From positions 992,001 to 1,056,000 of the forward strand of contig OZ244621.1 of NCBI GenBank assembly GCA_965218425.1: a stretch of 64,000 bases of DNA, given 5' to 3'. The translations under genes were made by a program, and so were the position numbers. How positions within the stretch are numbered: the stretch's first letter is position 1; each line of letters opens with the position of its first letter. Below, one piece after another: positions 60,042 to 64,000 of the stretch. Source of the stretch: an uncultured Candidatus Binatia bacterium. Its GTDB lineage: Bacteria > Desulfobacterota > Binatia > UBA9968 > CAXXLF01. Below the pieces are notes generated by a model. It saw nothing but the letters and a program-made list of their open reading frames with translations, made no database searches and was not told where the DNA came from.

Positions 60042-61142
60042 CTACCTGTCGCGAATATACTTGTTATACATTTTGCGACGCAGTTTTTTCTCCTGGTCTC
60101 TGTACTCGCTCCAGAGACGCTCTGAATCGACGGCTTCCTGATGGGCCTTCTTAGCCGACACAAATGTCGCCGGCAGACCTGTTACCTTCTCTATTCCCGC
60201 GCGAAATTTACCCTTCTTCATGGCGCCTGCAAGAGCCTTCCGATACACGTTAACGATATGGTCGGGCGTCTTGGGTGACAGCACCACGGGCTTGTTCATG
60301 GCCTGGGGTGCTTCGATCATAGCCGTCCAAATCTCCTTCTGCTTGTCGTTGAGCAAGCTGTATACCTGGGGGACATGCGATGTGTCGGGCATCTCCGAGT
60401 TGCCCTTCATCTTGACGCCGAAATATGTGACGTCCAGGATTGGTTTTAGCCTACCCTTAGCTACCCAACCGGGCCGCAACTTGGGCATGCCAAACCACCT
60501 GCCGGATCCCCCCACCAACACGTTCATGTTGCCCCGCTCCATCTCAAGGAGGGTTACGGAGGTGCCCCGCTCAGCAATGACTCCGAACTGGGCGGGCAGA
60601 TCCAGCCAATCTGCTAGCAGCATCAACTCAAAGGCCTGGGTGTTCATGTCCTGTGGGCTCGCGATCTGGTCCAGGTATTTTAGTGGCGGCCCCTTTTTCC
60701 CCATGGCGTCTCTGATGTCCTTGTAGGGCAGCTCGTAGCCTCCAATGATGGTGGTCCGGTCGCCAATATCTCCTAGGAATTTGAACTGGCTGCTCTTGAA
60801 CTCCGCCTGCGAGAGGGTCTGTTCCCTTAGGATCGCGGTGGAGTGCATGAACACCGTCAACCCGTCCCCTCTGGAGCGCCAGACATAGTTAAGGGCGTGA
60901 ACATGGGGAGGGATGTTGGTGACGACGAAACGCGGATTTCCCGGAAAATGCTTGCCCCAGTTCCCGGCCAAGTAGCGCAGCAGGATGTCCGTGCCGCCAC
61001 CAGGCCTCGAGCCTGTAATAAACCGGATTGTTTTTCCCTTAAAATAGGACTCGGCGTCGAAACTGAGGGCCTTTTGGGGTCCCACGACTGCCAAGACAAC
61101 GGCGAGAAGAAAAACCCATGCAACTCCTTCGTCCCTTCTCAT
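60042..61142 (-). CDS. TctC/Bug-like tripartite tricarboxylate transporter substrate-binding protein (divergent)
   Basis: Signal peptide, YFKGKTIRFITGSRPGGGTD, PGNPRFVVTN and SPKTPDHIV. Confidence 0.8.
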   Translation of the reverse strand: MRRDEGVAWVFLLAVVLAVVGPQKALSFDAESYFKGKTIRFITGSRPGGGTDILLRYLAGNWGKHFPGNPRFVVTNIPPHVHALNYVWRSRGDGLTVFMHSTAILREQTLSQAEFKSSQFKFLGDIGDRTTIIGGYELPYKDIRDAMGKKGPPLKYLDQIASPQDMNTQAFELMLLADWLDLPAQFGVIAERGTSVTLLEMERGNMNVLVGGSGRWFGMPKLRPGWVAKGRLKPILDVTYFGVKMKGNSEMPDTSHVPQVYSLLNDKQKEIWTAMIEAPQAMNKPVVLSPKTPDHIVNVYRKALAGAMKKGKFRAGIEKVTGLPATFVSAKKAHQEAVDSERLWSEYRDQEKKLRRKMYNKYIRDR

Positions 61143-61289
61143 AACGGCCTCCTTATCGCTATAGATAGTCACTGAAAATTAGAACACCCTAACTAGGCGG
61201 GAGGCCTAGCTTATCTTGTCCAGCGCAAAAATCAACCCACCGCCAGCAAGTTTGACGTTTTCCCCTTTCCTACGCCCTCAGAACCGAGG

Positions 61290-62177
61290 CTAGCCCTCAT
61301 CCTTGACCTTCAGTTCCATTGCGCCGATTTTTTCAATGGCCCCCTTAAGGTGATCGCCATCAACGAGTTTTCGTACGCCCGCAGGGGTCCCCGTAGTAAT
61401 TAGCTCTCCCGGGCGAAGGGTCAGCACGCTTGTGAGGAAACGAATGTGCTCCCGCAACTCGCAGATCATGTCGCTGGTGTGCGCCGTCATGACGGGTTTT
61501 CCGTTCTGCTCCACCGTAATGGTGAGGTTTTGGGGCTCCTCGATCTCGTTCCGGGTCACGATCCACGGGCCCAGGCCGGCAAAAGTGTCAAAACCCTTGC
61601 GAATATTCCGGGTGTTCTGCCGGTTCATGCCCCAGGGGTCTCGCTGGCTGATGTCCCAGCAGATGGTGTAGCCGAATACGTAATTCAGGGCCTCTTCCTC
61701 GCTGACACGCCTGGCCCGTTTCCCAATGACCGCACAGAGCTCGCATTCGAAGTCAACCAGCTTCGATATTTTGGGAATAATAACCGTGTCCCCAGGTCCG
61801 ATAAGAGCCGAGGTGGGTTTGAGAAAGAATTCCGCCATCAGGTCGTCCTTGTCCAGTTGAGACCTGTCGGAAGCTCCTACTCTCCCCACCATCTCTTCCT
61901 GGTGCGCCTTATAATTAGCCGCCGCCGCCCACAAGGAAGGCGGATTCAAAATTGGCGCCAGGAGCTTGACCGCACTCAGCGGGACGGGCGAACTCGTTTT
62001 CAGGGCATCCCTGGCGCATTCCATCGCTGCAGGTTCGTTGGCCAGTGCTTCTATGACCTCGATCATGGTATAGCGCTCCCTCAAACGCCCCGCTTTGAGC
62101 ATTGTGTCCCCGATGGGATAAACCTGATCCCCAACCACGGCGCCCGCCTGGTTGGAATTGTAGTGGCATACTTTCAT
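61290..62177 (-). CDS. Fumarylacetoacetate hydrolase family protein
   Basis: NYKAH, FFLKP, DFECEL, DISQRD, KGFDTF and TGTPAGV motifs. Confidence 0.93.
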   Translation of the reverse strand: MKVCHYNSNQAGAVVGDQVYPIGDTMLKAGRLRERYTMIEVIEALANEPAAMECARDALKTSSPVPLSAVKLLAPILNPPSLWAAAANYKAHQEEMVGRVGASDRSQLDKDDLMAEFFLKPTSALIGPGDTVIIPKISKLVDFECELCAVIGKRARRVSEEEALNYVFGYTICWDISQRDPWGMNRQNTRNIRKGFDTFAGLGPWIVTRNEIEEPQNLTITVEQNGKPVMTAHTSDMICELREHIRFLTSVLTLRPGELITTGTPAGVRKLVDGDHLKGAIEKIGAMELKVKDEG

Positions 62178-62295
62178 TTTCGTGACCTCCAATTCTTGAA
62201 TGTCGAGCCTACGGGGCTCCGAATCTACCCGTCTAATATCCGATGCAGGCAACAGAATGCAATGAGGCGATGGGTAAGGGCTTTTTCTTGTGCCG

Positions 62296-62652
62296 TCAGC
62301 GCAAACTCCATGCCGCCCAGATGATATGAAATATCATAACCCACATCGTGGCGTCTCCGCTTCCCAGTCCCAGGATCACACGCCCATTGGAGATTTCATT
62401 CAGAGTGGCGGACTGGTTGGCAATGACTGTCGGGTCCCGGAAAGTCATGGTCAAAATGGCCGTTCCGAGGTGGACGCGCTTGGTACGGGTGGCCGCCACA
62501 GCCAATACTTGGAAAGGGTCGAGACCGCTGGTGAGGGCCTCCCCATAGAACATGCCGTCGAAACCAAGCTCTTCCGCCGATACGGCCCGGCCAACTTCGT
62601 TTTCGATATGACGATCCCGTGCGGCCCCTGCAAGGCAAAAACGGACTCCCAT
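62296..62652 (-). pseudogene. Truncated LLM-class flavin-dependent oxidoreductase
   Basis: AEELGFDG...DPFQVLAVAATRTKRVHLGT...RDP...ATLNEISNGRVILGLGSG covers only the N-terminal ~110 aa. Confidence 0.8.
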
Positions 62653-62807
62653 GGATCACCCCGCTGCAAACAGATAGTGACCCGCCTGCTACCATAGGAC
62701 TCGTACTCTCTCAACGCTCCCCTATCTCTCTTCTGATCAGTGACGCATAGTCATGATCCAAATCTTTATTGGTTGAAGGTTTGGCGTGGTCCTGTTAGGG
62801 TATCACA

Positions 62808-64000
62808 GTGGAAACAGAAGCAGAATCTCGCCTCAAAGCACGCCCGCCCTTAACTCTCCCTTTTTTCTACGGTTGGCTGGTGGTGGCCCTGAGCTTTATG
62901 ACTGCCCTGGCTACCTCGGGTACCCGTTCCGCGCTTACCGTGATGATCGTTCCATTAGAAGCAGAGTTTGGATGGAGCCGTGCTACGATTGCCGCCGCCG
63001 CCAGCATGAACCTTTTTCTCCTTGGGCTGATGGCGCCACTGGGGGGGTTCCTCATGGACCGTTTCGGCCCTCGGCGTATGATACTCACCAGCCTCACCCT
63101 GCTGATCATAGGAATCATATCAACGACACAGATGCGACATCTCTGGCAACTGGTACTCTTCTGGGGAGTCATTACCGGCCTCGGCGGAGGACTGCTCGGT
63201 GCAGTTCTGGGAGCCACCGTAGCCAACCGCTGGTTCGTGGCTAAGCGCGGTTTGGCCTTGGGCATCCTCAACAGCTCCAATTCCACCGGGCAGTTAATCT
63301 TTTTACCCTTGTTGATGGCCGTGATTGTCATCGCTGGATGGCGCGGGAGCGTTCTCCTAGTAGTGGGCTTTGCTTTGATCATGTTACCGGTCATCGCTTT
63401 TCTCATGAGGGATGACCCCTCGGAGGTGGGTCTCAAACCCCTGGGACTGGAGGAAACTGGCACCTCCCCAACGGGTCAGCCAAATCGCAATCCAAGCGCT
63501 ACGGAAATGGCCCGAACCACCTCCATTAAAGAAGCCGTCAAAACGCCCATCTTCTGGCTCCTGTGCGCATGTTTTTTTGTTTGCGGGGCTACTTCCGGCG
63601 GACTGATTGGAACCCACCTCATCCCCCACGCCATCGACCAGGGGTTTCCTGAGGTGAAGGCCGCCGCCACCATAGGAGTGATGGGCGGAATGAATTTTGT
63701 CGGCACGATGCTGTCGGGTCTGATGACGGATCGTGTCCAGCCACGAAAACTGCTGGCGATATTCTATTCACTGCGAGGAGTGTCGCTGTTTATCCTTCCC
63801 TATGTCACTTCCTTCCCGGGGCTCTTCATCTTCGCGGTTATCTATGGGTTGGACTGGTTCGCCACAGTTCCGCCAACCATTGCAATTGCCGCGGACTCCT
63901 TTGGAAGACGTTCCATTGGCCGCGTTTACGGATGGATCTTCCTGTCCCACCAGGTGGGCTCCGCATGCGCCGCCCTGGGAGCGGGAATTTTGTACAATTG
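62808..64000 (+). CDS. MFS transporter, partial, runs off the window end
   Basis: Manual translation from GTG 62808: FFYGWLVVAL...EAEFGWSRATI...MDRFGPRR...ANRWFVAKRGLALG. Not in the ORF track. Confidence 0.88.
   Translation, partial: METEAESRLKARPPLTLPFFYGWLVVALSFMTALATSGTRSALTVMIVPLEAEFGWSRATIAAAASMNLFLLGLMAPLGGFLMDRFGPRRMILTSLTLLIIGIISTTQMRHLWQLVLFWGVITGLGGGLLGAVLGATVANRWFVAKRGLALGILNSSNSTGQLIFLPLLMAVIVIAGWRGSVLLVVGFALIMLPVIAFLMRDDPSEVGLKPLGLEETGTSPTGQPNRNPSATEMARTTSIKEAVKTPIFWLLCACFFVCGATSGGLIGTHLIPHAIDQGFPEVKAAATIGVMGGMNFVGTMLSGLMTDRVQPRKLLAIFYSLRGVSLFILPYVTSFPGLFIFAVIYGLDWFATVPPTIAIAADSFGRRSIGRVYGWIFLSHQVGSACAALGAGILYN

Overview
Bacterial chromosomal segment rich in aromatic and N-heterocycle catabolic genes. 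It holds 8 amidohydrolase-superfamily genes, 2 Rieske oxygenases, 3 VOC proteins, 3 alpha/beta hydrolases, a cupin, a TPP enzyme, MaiA, an FAH-family protein and a tripartite tricarboxylate transporter. It also has acs, moeA-ispF, an Fe/AfuABC-type ABC transporter, a DegQ protease, an EmrAB-type pump and several MFS transporters. The gene content suggests a Binatota-like or deltaproteobacterial organism (inference only). Five signals are not shown by the ORF track. (1) A peroxiredoxin-like selenoprotein is split at an in-frame TGA (UxxC) and has a SECIS-like hairpin. (2) An RRM RNA-binding protein gene has mutually complementary 5' and 3' UTRs, and a second gene-less copy of its leader lies about 575 bp upstream. 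(3) A mosaic, highly structured repeat family bounded by terminal inverted repeats occurs at four loci. (4) A 499-bp internally deleted IS110/IS1111 element sits inside one of those repeats, with an AG core, sub-terminal IRs and a circle-junction promoter, and a homologous empty site lies at 49.53 kb. (5) An intergenic element has two hairpins with complementary loops. At least 7 pseudogenes or remnants are present. I saw no rRNA, tRNA or CRISPR array. All alignments and folds were done by eye, and no database search was run.
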